A DNA stretch of 62,788 bases from Spirochaetota bacterium (GTDB lineage Bacteria > Spirochaetota > B62-G9 > DRHN01): assembly GCA_011049595.1 (NCBI GenBank), contig DRHN01000405.1, positions 1 to 62,788 on the forward strand. The letters are read 5' to 3'. The translations under genes were made by a program, and so were the position numbers. Below the pieces are notes generated by a model. The model saw only the letters and a program-made list of their open reading frames with translations, was not told the DNA's origin and did no database searches. Of this stretch, positions 26,876 to 35,485 are shown in pieces. Numbering within the stretch: the first letter of the stretch is position 1; each line of letters opens with the position of its first letter.

Positions 26876-28213
26876 TTACTCTTCAAGCCGTTTGAAAATT
26901 ACCGCTCCATTCTGCCCGCCGAACCCGAATGATTCGCTCAATGCTATATTGACCTGCTTTTCTCTTTTTATGCAGGGCACGTAATCCAGATCGCATCGTT
27001 TATCGAGATCCGGTGCAACCTGGTCGATATAGTCCAGATCGGGATTTTCCAGATTTGCTGTGGGTGCAATAATCCCGTTGTCCATTATAAGAAGGGTGAC
27101 TATTGCCTCAAGCCCGCCGGCCGCCCCGATAGCATGTCCGAAGTAGGACTTTGAAGAGCTCACCGGAATACGGTAAGCGTAATCACCGAACACCTGTTTT
27201 ATTATGAACGATTCCGTTGAATCGTTTAGAGGGGTAGACGTCCCGTGGGCGTTTATGTACTCCACCTCCTGGGCCGTTATCCCTGCCATTGAGAGCGCTT
27301 TCTTTATAGCGTGGATTGCTGATGTTCCGTAGGGGTCGGGGGCTGCCAGCTTGTAAGCGTCCTGGGAATAACCGTAACCGACAATCTCTCCGTATATACG
27401 CGCGCCGCGTTTTCGGGCGTATTCCAGCTCCTCGAGTACCAGGATACCTGCACCTTCCCCCATTACAAACCCGTCCCTGTCTCTGTCAAAAGGCCTGCAG
27501 GCGCTCATAGGATCATCGTTCCTTTCGCTCATTGCACGCATCCTGTCAAAACCGCTGAACATGTATTTATCGATTGAACCTTCGGCCCCTCCAACGATCA
27601 TTATGTCTTCTATCCCGCACTGTATGTGGAGGGCACCAACGCTTATCGCATGAGTAGCCGATGAACAGGCTGTGGCAATGGTGTGGCCCGTACCTCTAAG
27701 ATAAAACCACTGTGCGACCGAAGTTACCCCTGTATTTATATTCGACTGAGCAAGGGTGAAAGGGTTCACCCTTTTCGGCCCTCTGTCCTCGAGAAACTTC
27801 ACGTGGTCTGCGAATTGAAGGTCTACATTCTGTGCCGCCTGCCCGAGGATCACACCCGTCCTGTGAGGATCTATACCCTCTACATAATATATTTTCGGAT
27901 CTCCCTCTTTTCCTTCTTTTGCCGAACATATTTTGAACCCGGCGTCCTGAAGGGCGAGCATTGTCCCGATCACGGAATATTTGGTTGCTTTCCCCGCTCT
28001 TTTCAGTTCCTTTAATCTGTCAGTGTATTGCCCGGGCTGAAAATCGTCTATCGGGGAACATACCCTGGACCTGTACTGCTCCATATCGATACCTTCGAAA
28101 TCCACATTCCTGAAATACCCGGTGCCTTCTCTGGCGTTTTTCCAGAACGATTCTATGCCGATCCCGATCGAAGATACCGGTCCCATGCCGGTAACAACCG
28201 CGCGTTTAAACAT
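26876..28213 (-). CDS. fabF: Beta-ketoacyl-ACP synthase II-like condensing enzyme
   Basis: 445 aa. Active-site Cys in IATACSSATHA, His residues in NAHGTSTP and FGHAIGAAG, C-terminal SFGFGGQNG. It carries an insertion of about 30 aa relative to typical FabF. Confidence 0.85.
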   Translation of the reverse strand: MFKRAVVTGMGPVSSIGIGIESFWKNAREGTGYFRNVDFEGIDMEQYRSRVCSPIDDFQPGQYTDRLKELKRAGKATKYSVIGTMLALQDAGFKICSAKEGKEGDPKIYYVEGIDPHRTGVILGQAAQNVDLQFADHVKFLEDRGPKRVNPFTLAQSNINTGVTSVAQWFYLRGTGHTIATACSSATHAISVGALHIQCGIEDIMIVGGAEGSIDKYMFSGFDRMRAMSERNDDPMSACRPFDRDRDGFVMGEGAGILVLEELEYARKRGARIYGEIVGYGYSQDAYKLAAPDPYGTSAIHAIKKALSMAGITAQEVEYINAHGTSTPLNDSTESFIIKQVFGDYAYRIPVSSSKSYFGHAIGAAGGLEAIVTLLIMDNGIIAPTANLENPDLDYIDQVAPDLDKRCDLDYVPCIKREKQVNIALSESFGFGGQNGAVIFKRLEE

Positions 28214-28245
28214 ATCGTATCCTCATTAATTTATTAGTTCTTGTG

Positions 28246-28267
28246 ACAAAAGCCGGGCGAGCCCGAC
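28246..28267 (-). terminator. Intrinsic terminator/attenuator candidate between gspM and fabF
   Basis: Minus-strand RNA reads GUCGGG-CUCG-CCCGGC followed by UUUUGU. An overlapping alternative hairpin CCCGAC-GAU-GUCGGG maps to 28262-28276. Confidence 0.45.
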
Positions 28268-28325
28268 ATCGTCGGGTTCCCCGAAGTAGCCGGGTGCTGA
28301 ACTGCGCATCACCGGGAACTGATTA

Positions 28326-28868
28326 CTACTCGACCGTAATATCCGAGATACCTATTATTACATCGACTTTACCTTTTTCTTTGAAAAAAGGTTTCATCCT
28401 TAAATATGTAACGATCAACCCTACACGCTTTTCCTCTATTTCATAAAGGAACACCATCAAGCTCTGCGCGGGAAGAGCGTCTATCTTTATTTCCACCTTC
28501 GAAGTTGTAATTCCTTCGCCGGTTACACTGCCTTTTGGTTTTATATATTCGATGTTTTCAGTGATCCCGACATTTTTGGATATATTTTCCAGATAGGTCA
28601 GCACAGAAAGGCCCTTTTTGCTGTCAAGCAGCTTTTTAAGCCTGACGTACGCTTCCTTCTCCGCTACATACTTTTCCGCAAGAGATTTCAACTCGTACAG
28701 ACTCTTTTCAAGCCTGGCGCTTTCCAGATTATATTCGCTTCTGGAGCTCAAAAGGGGGGCAAAAACTATCTGGTAGATAAGGAACAGGACTATCGCGAAA
28801 ACCGCTCCGTAAATAAGGATCTTCTCCCTGTTTGACAGATTTTTTAACCTGTTTCGAATGTCCAGCAA
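28326..28868 (-). CDS. gspM: Type II secretion assembly protein GspM-like (PilO-like)
   Basis: 180 aa. Short cytoplasmic N-terminus, a single TM (ILIYGAVFAIVLFLIYQIVFAPLL), coiled coil, then a ferredoxin-like C-terminus. Position directly after the gspL-like gene. TTG start. Confidence 0.6.
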   Translation of the reverse strand: MLDIRNRLKNLSNREKILIYGAVFAIVLFLIYQIVFAPLLSSRSEYNLESARLEKSLYELKSLAEKYVAEKEAYVRLKKLLDSKKGLSVLTYLENISKNVGITENIEYIKPKGSVTGEGITTSKVEIKIDALPAQSLMVFLYEIEEKRVGLIVTYLRMKPFFKEKGKVDVIIGISDITVE

Positions 28869-30302
28869 TTATTCCGTCCTCACTTTAATATCAAACACAA
28901 ATGTGACCGCGAAACCTCCGGTGCTTCCTGTGGTCCCTGTATTTGAAACCTTGACTTCTGAAATATACTCCGAAAGCAAAAGTGCTTCCTGCATCCTGTC
29001 GATATCGGAAAAGGTCCGGACTTTCCCCGCGAACTTGACCCGGTCCTTCTCTATGACTATATCCGTGTATTCGACAACAATGTCTCCAGGCAGATAAGTA
29101 GAAATCTCCCTCAGCAGCTCTACACCGCTGTATTTTTTGTCAATGCTTTTTTCGATATTAACGATCCTTGTCCTGATATCCGCCAGAAGCTGCTCGGAGT
29201 CCTCCCGTTTCAACTGAGGTTTGCCGAAAATATCACTGCTCAGCCCGCTTATGCTTTTTTCCAGCTCTTTTATCTGTTTTTTGTGAATGCGGACATCAAT
29301 AAAAAGGTTCGACACGGATATAGAAAGTAAGATGAGCATGATTATCCCGAGGGTTATAAAGTCCTTCATACTCAAATAACTCTTCAGCCGGGGCTTGAAC
29401 TCCTCTTTGAGCAAATCCACTTTTTTGTTTTGAACCAGGTTTATACTTTTTAGTGCGCCGAACATGGAGATCATTTCAGACAATTCCAGAGAATTATTCT
29501 CCGTTATATAACTCCTGTACGCACGGACAGGAAACGCCCTGTATGAAAGGTCCATCAGCTCAAACACTTTGTGGTTCAGGTTCTTGAAACCTTCGGAAGC
29601 CGTCTTCCGTATATTGACATACACAGGCGGGTAATCGGTCTCCCTCAGAAACATCAAAAGATGGGATAAGAACGAGTCCATGTACAGATCATCACTGTTC
29701 CTTATAATGGAGATCACGCTGCCGATCATCCCTTTTTTTACAAATTGTATGTATACGGAATCATTCTGTATATCGAGAAAAATAAACGTGTCCTTTTCAA
29801 TAGTGGAAATTACATTGTTATAAACAGCAATATCAAAAGGTATCAGAGCTTTGAGGTTCTTACGGTACTGTCCAAAACCCCATAGAATGTTCTCGATTTC
29901 ACTTTTTTCAGCGGAAAAAGAAAGGACCTCCTGACCCGAAGCATCTACTGTCAAGGGTAAAAAATCGGTTACGCAGTCGATATCCTGGAAGGGCAGGTAA
30001 TCCTTCACCTCGTATTTGATCACCCCTTCAATTTTCTGCACGTCGGTAAAGGGGAAATGGACAATATTTCTGTAGTAAAGAGATGGAGGAATAATATAAT
30101 ATATGTTTTCCTTTGTGATTCCTTCGGCCGTGAGTATTTCTTCTACAGTTTCAACCGTGTACCTTTTTATCCGCGCGCTTTCTCTCAACGGGAATTTTTC
30201 GTCCGCAAGGAGCACCGTAGTGTTACTCCCAAGTTTCTCAATAAACACCCCTTTTCTGCCAAACCCGATCTTTATATTAAAGAGATCTGTTATAGTAGAC
30301 AA
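28869..30302 (-). CDS. gspL: GspL-like protein (PilM-like cytoplasmic domain, TM, PilN-like periplasmic domain)
   Basis: 477 aa. A central TM (ITLGIIMLILLSISVSNLFI) separates a ~300-aa cytoplasmic domain from a coiled-coil/periplasmic domain. It lies between gspK and gspM. TTG start overlapping the end of gspK. Confidence 0.6.
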   Translation of the reverse strand: MSTITDLFNIKIGFGRKGVFIEKLGSNTTVLLADEKFPLRESARIKRYTVETVEEILTAEGITKENIYYIIPPSLYYRNIVHFPFTDVQKIEGVIKYEVKDYLPFQDIDCVTDFLPLTVDASGQEVLSFSAEKSEIENILWGFGQYRKNLKALIPFDIAVYNNVISTIEKDTFIFLDIQNDSVYIQFVKKGMIGSVISIIRNSDDLYMDSFLSHLLMFLRETDYPPVYVNIRKTASEGFKNLNHKVFELMDLSYRAFPVRAYRSYITENNSLELSEMISMFGALKSINLVQNKKVDLLKEEFKPRLKSYLSMKDFITLGIIMLILLSISVSNLFIDVRIHKKQIKELEKSISGLSSDIFGKPQLKREDSEQLLADIRTRIVNIEKSIDKKYSGVELLREISTYLPGDIVVEYTDIVIEKDRVKFAGKVRTFSDIDRMQEALLLSEYISEVKVSNTGTTGSTGGFAVTFVFDIKVRTE

Positions 30303-31254
30303 CTCTGAACCCCTTGCTTTCTTTTAACACTACAGCGGTAACGACCTGGTAAAAATTTCCGGAAATACCTCTGGCCGTTATTCTGAAAAGATCACTTTTT
30401 ACAGTTATCAGGGACCTTATCTCGTTGTATAGAATATCGGAAACAGACTTCACTTTCTTCAAATCTTCTATGTTTTCAAATACTGTTTTTTCTTTGAACT
30501 CCATTATATCCTGCGCTATGTACTCATCCATATCCTTGGACAGGCTGAGAAGTACGGGCACGCCCGCCGTATTGATATTTATTTTCCCGTCCCCGTATAC
30601 AGTGATGTAGTTATCAAGAGCCGCGAATTCCTCCAAGGCAATCGGGCTTCGCGACGCTGGGGGAATAAAAAACAGGTCCCGGTCAAATCCTTTTATCAGA
30701 AGGATCTCACCGCTGGTTACGAGTTGACCGTTTCTCGGCTCATAAGGTGGAGTGAGCAGACTGTAATAGCTGAATTCCGCGCCGTCCTGCTCGATCAAGT
30801 CGTCAGTGTCCTGCCAGTCAACGATCCCGTACACCAGGGAAGGCTCTATGGCTAAAGCGCGAAAAATTCTCTCACACATGACCGTCCTTCTTTTATCCAT
30901 TTTACCGCGGGCTGTTACCATTTTCCTGACATTAAAACGGGCTTTTTCGTCACTGATATCAACGGTTACGAACCCCTCACCAATGGGTATGGGCGGAAGC
31001 ATCCCATACCAGAAATCACCGGGACCGTCAAAATCGTTGGTGTCTTTCTTTAAAAGTGAGAGTGCGGCCTGATAACCGCCGTACGCGTAGTAGAGCGCTT
31101 TTTTTGAATCGGAATAATTCACAGACATGGTCAGGTTGATCCTGCTCCTTTGGGAGAACTCGAGCGCCATCATCGATAAAATAGAAATGAGGACAAGGGT
31201 GGAGATCAGGGCAAACGCCTTTTTTCTTTTTTTACATTTCCGAAATATATACAT
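30277..31254 (-). CDS. gspK: Type II secretion minor pseudopilin GspK
   Basis: 325 aa. N-terminal hydrophobic segment AFALISTLVLISILSMMALEF and a helix-hairpin-helix-type motif KININTAGVPVLLSL typical of GspK. Confidence 0.75.
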   Translation of the reverse strand: MYIFRKCKKRKKAFALISTLVLISILSMMALEFSQRSRINLTMSVNYSDSKKALYYAYGGYQAALSLLKKDTNDFDGPGDFWYGMLPPIPIGEGFVTVDISDEKARFNVRKMVTARGKMDKRRTVMCERIFRALAIEPSLVYGIVDWQDTDDLIEQDGAEFSYYSLLTPPYEPRNGQLVTSGEILLIKGFDRDLFFIPPASRSPIALEEFAALDNYITVYGDGKININTAGVPVLLSLSKDMDEYIAQDIMEFKEKTVFENIEDLKKVKSVSDILYNEIRSLITVKSDLFRITARGISGNFYQVVTAVVLKESKGFRVVYYNRSL

Positions 31255-31849
31255 TAAAAAACTCTCGGTATTTTGTCCCTCCCAGAGAAAAGGTCAATTC
31301 GATCCTTTCCGGAAGCTGATTTGTAATATTTGAATCCCAGGTGTCGTGCCACTTGCCCTGGTCGTAAAACCGCAGCATAAAGGAGGTAAAATCGCTCCTG
31401 ATATCGAACTCCACCGGCTCCTGTAACATATCGCTCGTAAGGATGTGGTAGTAAACTTTTTTTGTCACAACCAGCAGATCGGGATTATCCTCGTTTTCCT
31501 TCACTTCGTACTCGACTTTGATTACTTCATCCCGTTTTCCGATCTCAAGATATTGCTGCGGGGCAATTGTCGTAAAAATGAGGTTGTTGACATTTTCACC
31601 CATGATATCGGTTCTCTTTGATAAAAAAAGAGTTTCCTCTGCTCTTCGCACCAGGATAGCGCTCGAAACTTCGACATCCAGCCTCTCGAGGAAACTCCTC
31701 GTGTTGCGGAGGACTTCTTCATTACGCCTGCTGACGTCAACGATCTTACTCATGGAAATAAAAGAGATGGTAGACAAAAACGCGATGATCGACAAAATCG
31801 ATATCGATACAAGAAGCTCAAACAGTGTAAAAGCGCCGTACTTTTTCAT
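31232..31849 (-). CDS. gspJ: Minor pseudopilin GspJ-like
   Basis: Prepilin-type N-terminus MKKYGA|FTLFELLVSISILSIIAF from the ATG at 31849. The track start at 32011 would overlap gspI and is rejected. Confidence 0.65.
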   Translation of the reverse strand: MKKYGAFTLFELLVSISILSIIAFLSTISFISMSKIVDVSRRNEEVLRNTRSFLERLDVEVSSAILVRRAEETLFLSKRTDIMGENVNNLIFTTIAPQQYLEIGKRDEVIKVEYEVKENEDNPDLLVVTKKVYYHILTSDMLQEPVEFDIRSDFTSFMLRFYDQGKWHDTWDSNITNQLPERIELTFSLGGTKYREFFNVYISEM

Positions 31850-31955
31850 CTTACGCTGCACCCGTTTTAACGCGGACAAGCCGCATTCCTGATCAAAAAT
31901 TGAATAAAAAAAATTACATTTATATAAAGCAGGAAAATCGATATCAAGGCACCCG

Positions 31956-32321
31956 TCAGTACATGGACATAACAGTCTGCAAAGAGTATATCCTGCCGTT
32001 GCCATACTCAACTTCCACAGTAACGATCTTCAGGTCTTCGACAAAAGGGATATTTAAAGTTTCAACCCGTTTATTCCATTTCATTCCGGAAAAGTACTCT
32101 TCCTCGAACTTTCCGTCCGAAAGACCGGACTCGGGGAACCCCTTCCCTATCTGTTCTTTCATGATGGATTCCGCTGCCATTACAGCCGCTGTCAGGTCCG
32201 ATGCCGTTTTTGCGGACCGCAGGTTGAACACATTGCCTCGAAGGATCGCGAGCATCGCGATCGACAGCAGGGTTATCGTAATAAGCACTTCGACCAGTGT
32301 AAATCCCTTTAATTTTGTCAT
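31956..32321 (-). CDS. gspI: Minor pseudopilin GspI-like
   Basis: 121 aa. MTKLKG|FTLVEVLITITLLSIAMLAI prepilin N-terminus. The size is typical of GspI. Confidence 0.65.
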   Translation of the reverse strand: MTKLKGFTLVEVLITITLLSIAMLAILRGNVFNLRSAKTASDLTAAVMAAESIMKEQIGKGFPESGLSDGKFEEEYFSGMKWNKRVETLNIPFVEDLKIVTVEVEYGNGRIYSLQTVMSMY

Positions 32322-32569
32322 CCCAGATCCCCCGGTCTCCTGCTTATAGTATAATCAATTTTTTCCGGCCTTCACAAATAAATACTCGCGCACTATTATT
32401 AATTTATTTTAAAAATAGAAGATAAAACAGGCTGAATATTATAAAAGCCCTTTACTAGTATAATATTTATTATATTCTCTATGATTAGTTTAAATTGCTC
32501 ATCGGTTGCTACTGTTAATGTGCACCATGAGTTTTGGTCATCGGAAAATACGATTCACCGGAGCTTAAA

Positions 32570-34276
32570 ATGAGAATTCTTCCAAAGGTCGCGATACAGG
32601 GGGAGGAAGGCTCTTTCAGTGAAGAAGCCGGGATAAAATACTGGGACAAATCCGTTGTATTCATCCCCAAAAGAAACGCCGATGAAGTGATCGAGGCGTT
32701 AGAAGCAAAAGAGGCTGATTACGGACTGCTTCCTTTAGAAAATTCCCTTATTGGCAGCATTACAACGACATATGAAGTTCTGCTTGAAGCAAATATCCCG
32801 ATCGTCGGTGAAATAATCATACAGATCTCACACTACCTGCTGGCAACTAAAAAGACGCCGATGGACAGCATAAAAAAGATCTACTCCCACCCGGCGGCTC
32901 TTTCCCAGTGCTCCAGTTTTCTCAGAAAATTAAAAGATTGCGAAATAATCCCAATATACGACACAGCCGGAAGCGCTATGAAGATATCCAGGGAAAAGGA
33001 CCCGGCCGTCGCGGCCATTGCCGGAATACACGCTGCTACCATTTACAATCTTGAAGTGTTGGCGGAAAAGCTGGAGGACTATCCGAACAACCAGACCAGG
33101 TTCATCGTCATCTCAAAAACCGACGAGGACACGTACAATAAAAATTCAAAAACATCGATCGTTTTCACCACCCTCCACCAGCCCGGTGCGCTTTATCAAA
33201 TACTGAAGATTTTCAATGATTACGGTATAAACCTCACAAAGCTGGAATCCCATCCGCACAGGAGCGAACCGTGGAGATCCTACTTTTATCTTGATTTTGA
33301 AGGTCATGTAAAAGACAAAATGGCGCGCGAGGTAATTGAAGAGCTGAAAGAGCAGACAAACTTCCTCAAGATTATGGGCAGTTACCCGGTCTGGGCAGGT
33401 GCTAGAAAGGTTGAGCACCCGCGTGTTGAGGAAAGTGAAATAGAGGATAAATCCCACCTGCCGATTTACAGCCTCGAGCGAAAGGGAAGCAGGACGGCCA
33501 TAACCCTCAAAAACCCGGATATGGACAAAGTTACCATTGGCGGAGGGTCTTTTACAATAATCGCCGGACCGTGCTCGGTAGAAGGCAGAAAACAGTTATT
33601 CAAGACCGCCAACATAGTAAAAGAATCAGGTATAAAAATTCTGCGCGGAGGAGCCTTCAAGCCGAGGACATCCCCATACAGCTTCCAGGGGCTTGGTGAG
33701 GAAGGTCTTAAACTGCTCAAGGAGGCCAGGGAAGCTTACGGGCTGTACATCATATCAGAGGTTGTGTCCCCCGCAGATGTGGAACTTGTGCTGCCCTACG
33801 TGGACATTCTTCAGATCGGTGCGCGCAACATGCAGAATTTTACGCTCTTAAAAAAAATAGGGAATGTCCAAAAACCCGTATTCCTGAAACGCGGGATGTC
33901 CGCAACAATAGAAGAGTTCCTGCTGTCGGCGGAGTATATACTGTCCCAGGGAAACGAAAACATAATACTCTGCGAGAGAGGCATCAGGACCTTTGAAACA
34001 ACAACCCGCAACACTCTCGATCTTTCAGCAGTTCCCGTATTGAAGGAAAAAACCCACCTGCCCGTCTTTGTCGACCCCAGTCACGGGACCGGAAACAGAA
34101 AACTCGTGCTGCCCATGAGCAAGGCTGCGCTTGTTGCCGGTGCGGACGGCATCATGATAGAGGTTCATTTTCAGCCCGATTCCGCGATGAGCGACGGTGA
34201 CCAGTCTCTCGACCCCCAGATGTACAGGGATTTTATAAGAGAGCTGGACGAGCTAGAGAAAAAATTGAACAGCTGA
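32570..34276 (+). CDS. Fusion protein: prephenate dehydratase, ACT domain and type I-beta 3-deoxy-7-phosphoheptulonate (DAHP) synthase
   Basis: PDT part: [15 protein letters not shown] ... [11 protein letters not shown] part: [14 protein letters not shown]...[26 protein letters not shown] part: [46 protein letters not shown]. It is one uninterrupted frame. The ATG at 32570 behind GGAG is preferred over the TTG at 32534. Confidence 0.85.
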   Translation: MRILPKVAIQGEEGSFSEEAGIKYWDKSVVFIPKRNADEVIEALEAKEADYGLLPLENSLIGSITTTYEVLLEANIPIVGEIIIQISHYLLATKKTPMDSIKKIYSHPAALSQCSSFLRKLKDCEIIPIYDTAGSAMKISREKDPAVAAIAGIHAATIYNLEVLAEKLEDYPNNQTRFIVISKTDEDTYNKNSKTSIVFTTLHQPGALYQILKIFNDYGINLTKLESHPHRSEPWRSYFYLDFEGHVKDKMAREVIEELKEQTNFLKIMGSYPVWAGARKVEHPRVEESEIEDKSHLPIYSLERKGSRTAITLKNPDMDKVTIGGGSFTIIAGPCSVEGRKQLFKTANIVKESGIKILRGGAFKPRTSPYSFQGLGEEGLKLLKEAREAYGLYIISEVVSPADVELVLPYVDILQIGARNMQNFTLLKKIGNVQKPVFLKRGMSATIEEFLLSAEYILSQGNENIILCERGIRTFETTTRNTLDLSAVPVLKEKTHLPVFVDPSHGTGNRKLVLPMSKAALVAGADGIMIEVHFQPDSAMSDGDQSLDPQMYRDFIRELDELEKKLNS

Positions 34277-34297
34277 CCCCTCCGGTCCATCATTGAT

Positions 34298-35338
34298 TCA
34301 TGATAAAACCGTACCGACCTCCTGCCGGATAAAATCAACGGGCATAATTAGCGAACCCGCCGAAATCCTCACATCTTCTGTTACGATGACAAGCCCGTCC
34401 CTTGAAACTTCTGAACTGGATACTTCTGCGATTGACATGCGGGAGGGGTCCTGTACATTTTCAAATGAACCATCCTTGCCGATTTTGCAATCTTTTTCTA
34501 TCACCCTTGGATCCCCACCCAGAACAAGAGAGTTTTCAATCTCTACCCCTTCCTCAATGACGTTTGATGGTAGAATAACAGAGTTTTTTATAAAAGTATT
34601 ACTGCCGACAGACACATCGTTAAAGATCACAGAATCCTCCACCCTGCCGAACACACTTGCCCCATTCCCGAGCAGGCTGTTCCTGATAACAGCACTTTGT
34701 CCTACCAGTGTATTGGATGTTGCCTTAACACGAAGCCTTTCATAAAGTTTTGTGAAGCTTTTATGCCGCAGGTATTTTATTATCCTCAGGTTTTCTCTAT
34801 AATATTCGTAGGAATCCCTTATAAAGAAAGAAAACCCGGGAAAATCCGCAATCCGCTCAAAATTATAAAAAAGAGCGTCATCGAACAGGAATTGCGTGAA
34901 GGAATCAAACTCTTTATCTGCCCTTTTTTTACCCGCATTACCGATATAATCTTTTATAACGCTTATAAGATATTTTTTCTTTACACAGTAAAGGTCAGAG
35001 GGGATTTTTCCTACCTGTACTTTTATTATCCCACGGGCAGGTTTCAATCTAGTCATTAGAACGGACCAGTCAAGGACAGTCAGGTTCCCCGTCCGCCCGA
35101 CAATTATGTTACTGCCAGTGTTCCGGCTGTTAACAAGTTCTAACAGTTTTTCCAGATCTTGCATACCCCCGGCGGTGATCACAGAGCTTGGGTATTGATC
35201 TATCCCGGTAACTTCCATGACATCCTTTACGGAAAAATTACCCCACAATGGAAGTTCGGACAGCAGGCCAGTCCGGCTGAAACCTGAAAACCGCCCTTTT
35301 ACAATTTCATCAAATAGAAGAATGTGAAAATCATACAT
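34298..35338 (-). CDS. GlgC/GlgD-family-like protein (degenerate nucleotidyltransferase N-domain plus left-handed beta-helix C-domain)
   Basis: 346 aa. It lacks the GGxGxRL loop. The C-terminal hexapeptide-repeat run reads VGQSAVIRNSLLGNGASVFGRVEDSVIFNDVSVGSNTFIKNSVILPSNVIEEGVEIENSLV. Assignment is tentative. Confidence 0.4.
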   Translation of the reverse strand: MYDFHILLFDEIVKGRFSGFSRTGLLSELPLWGNFSVKDVMEVTGIDQYPSSVITAGGMQDLEKLLELVNSRNTGSNIIVGRTGNLTVLDWSVLMTRLKPARGIIKVQVGKIPSDLYCVKKKYLISVIKDYIGNAGKKRADKEFDSFTQFLFDDALFYNFERIADFPGFSFFIRDSYEYYRENLRIIKYLRHKSFTKLYERLRVKATSNTLVGQSAVIRNSLLGNGASVFGRVEDSVIFNDVSVGSNTFIKNSVILPSNVIEEGVEIENSLVLGGDPRVIEKDCKIGKDGSFENVQDPSRMSIAEVSSSEVSRDGLVIVTEDVRISAGSLIMPVDFIRQEVGTVLS

Positions 35339-35485
35339 ATTTTGCCTTATTTTAAATAAACCGGTTTATATTAATTTTTTCTACATTTAATTGAAAAATG
35401 TTGCCGACATGTTATATTATAATGTAATTAATTCTTGGCGCCTAATCCATTTTTTGAATCAAATAAGAATTCAAAAGGCAGCAAA

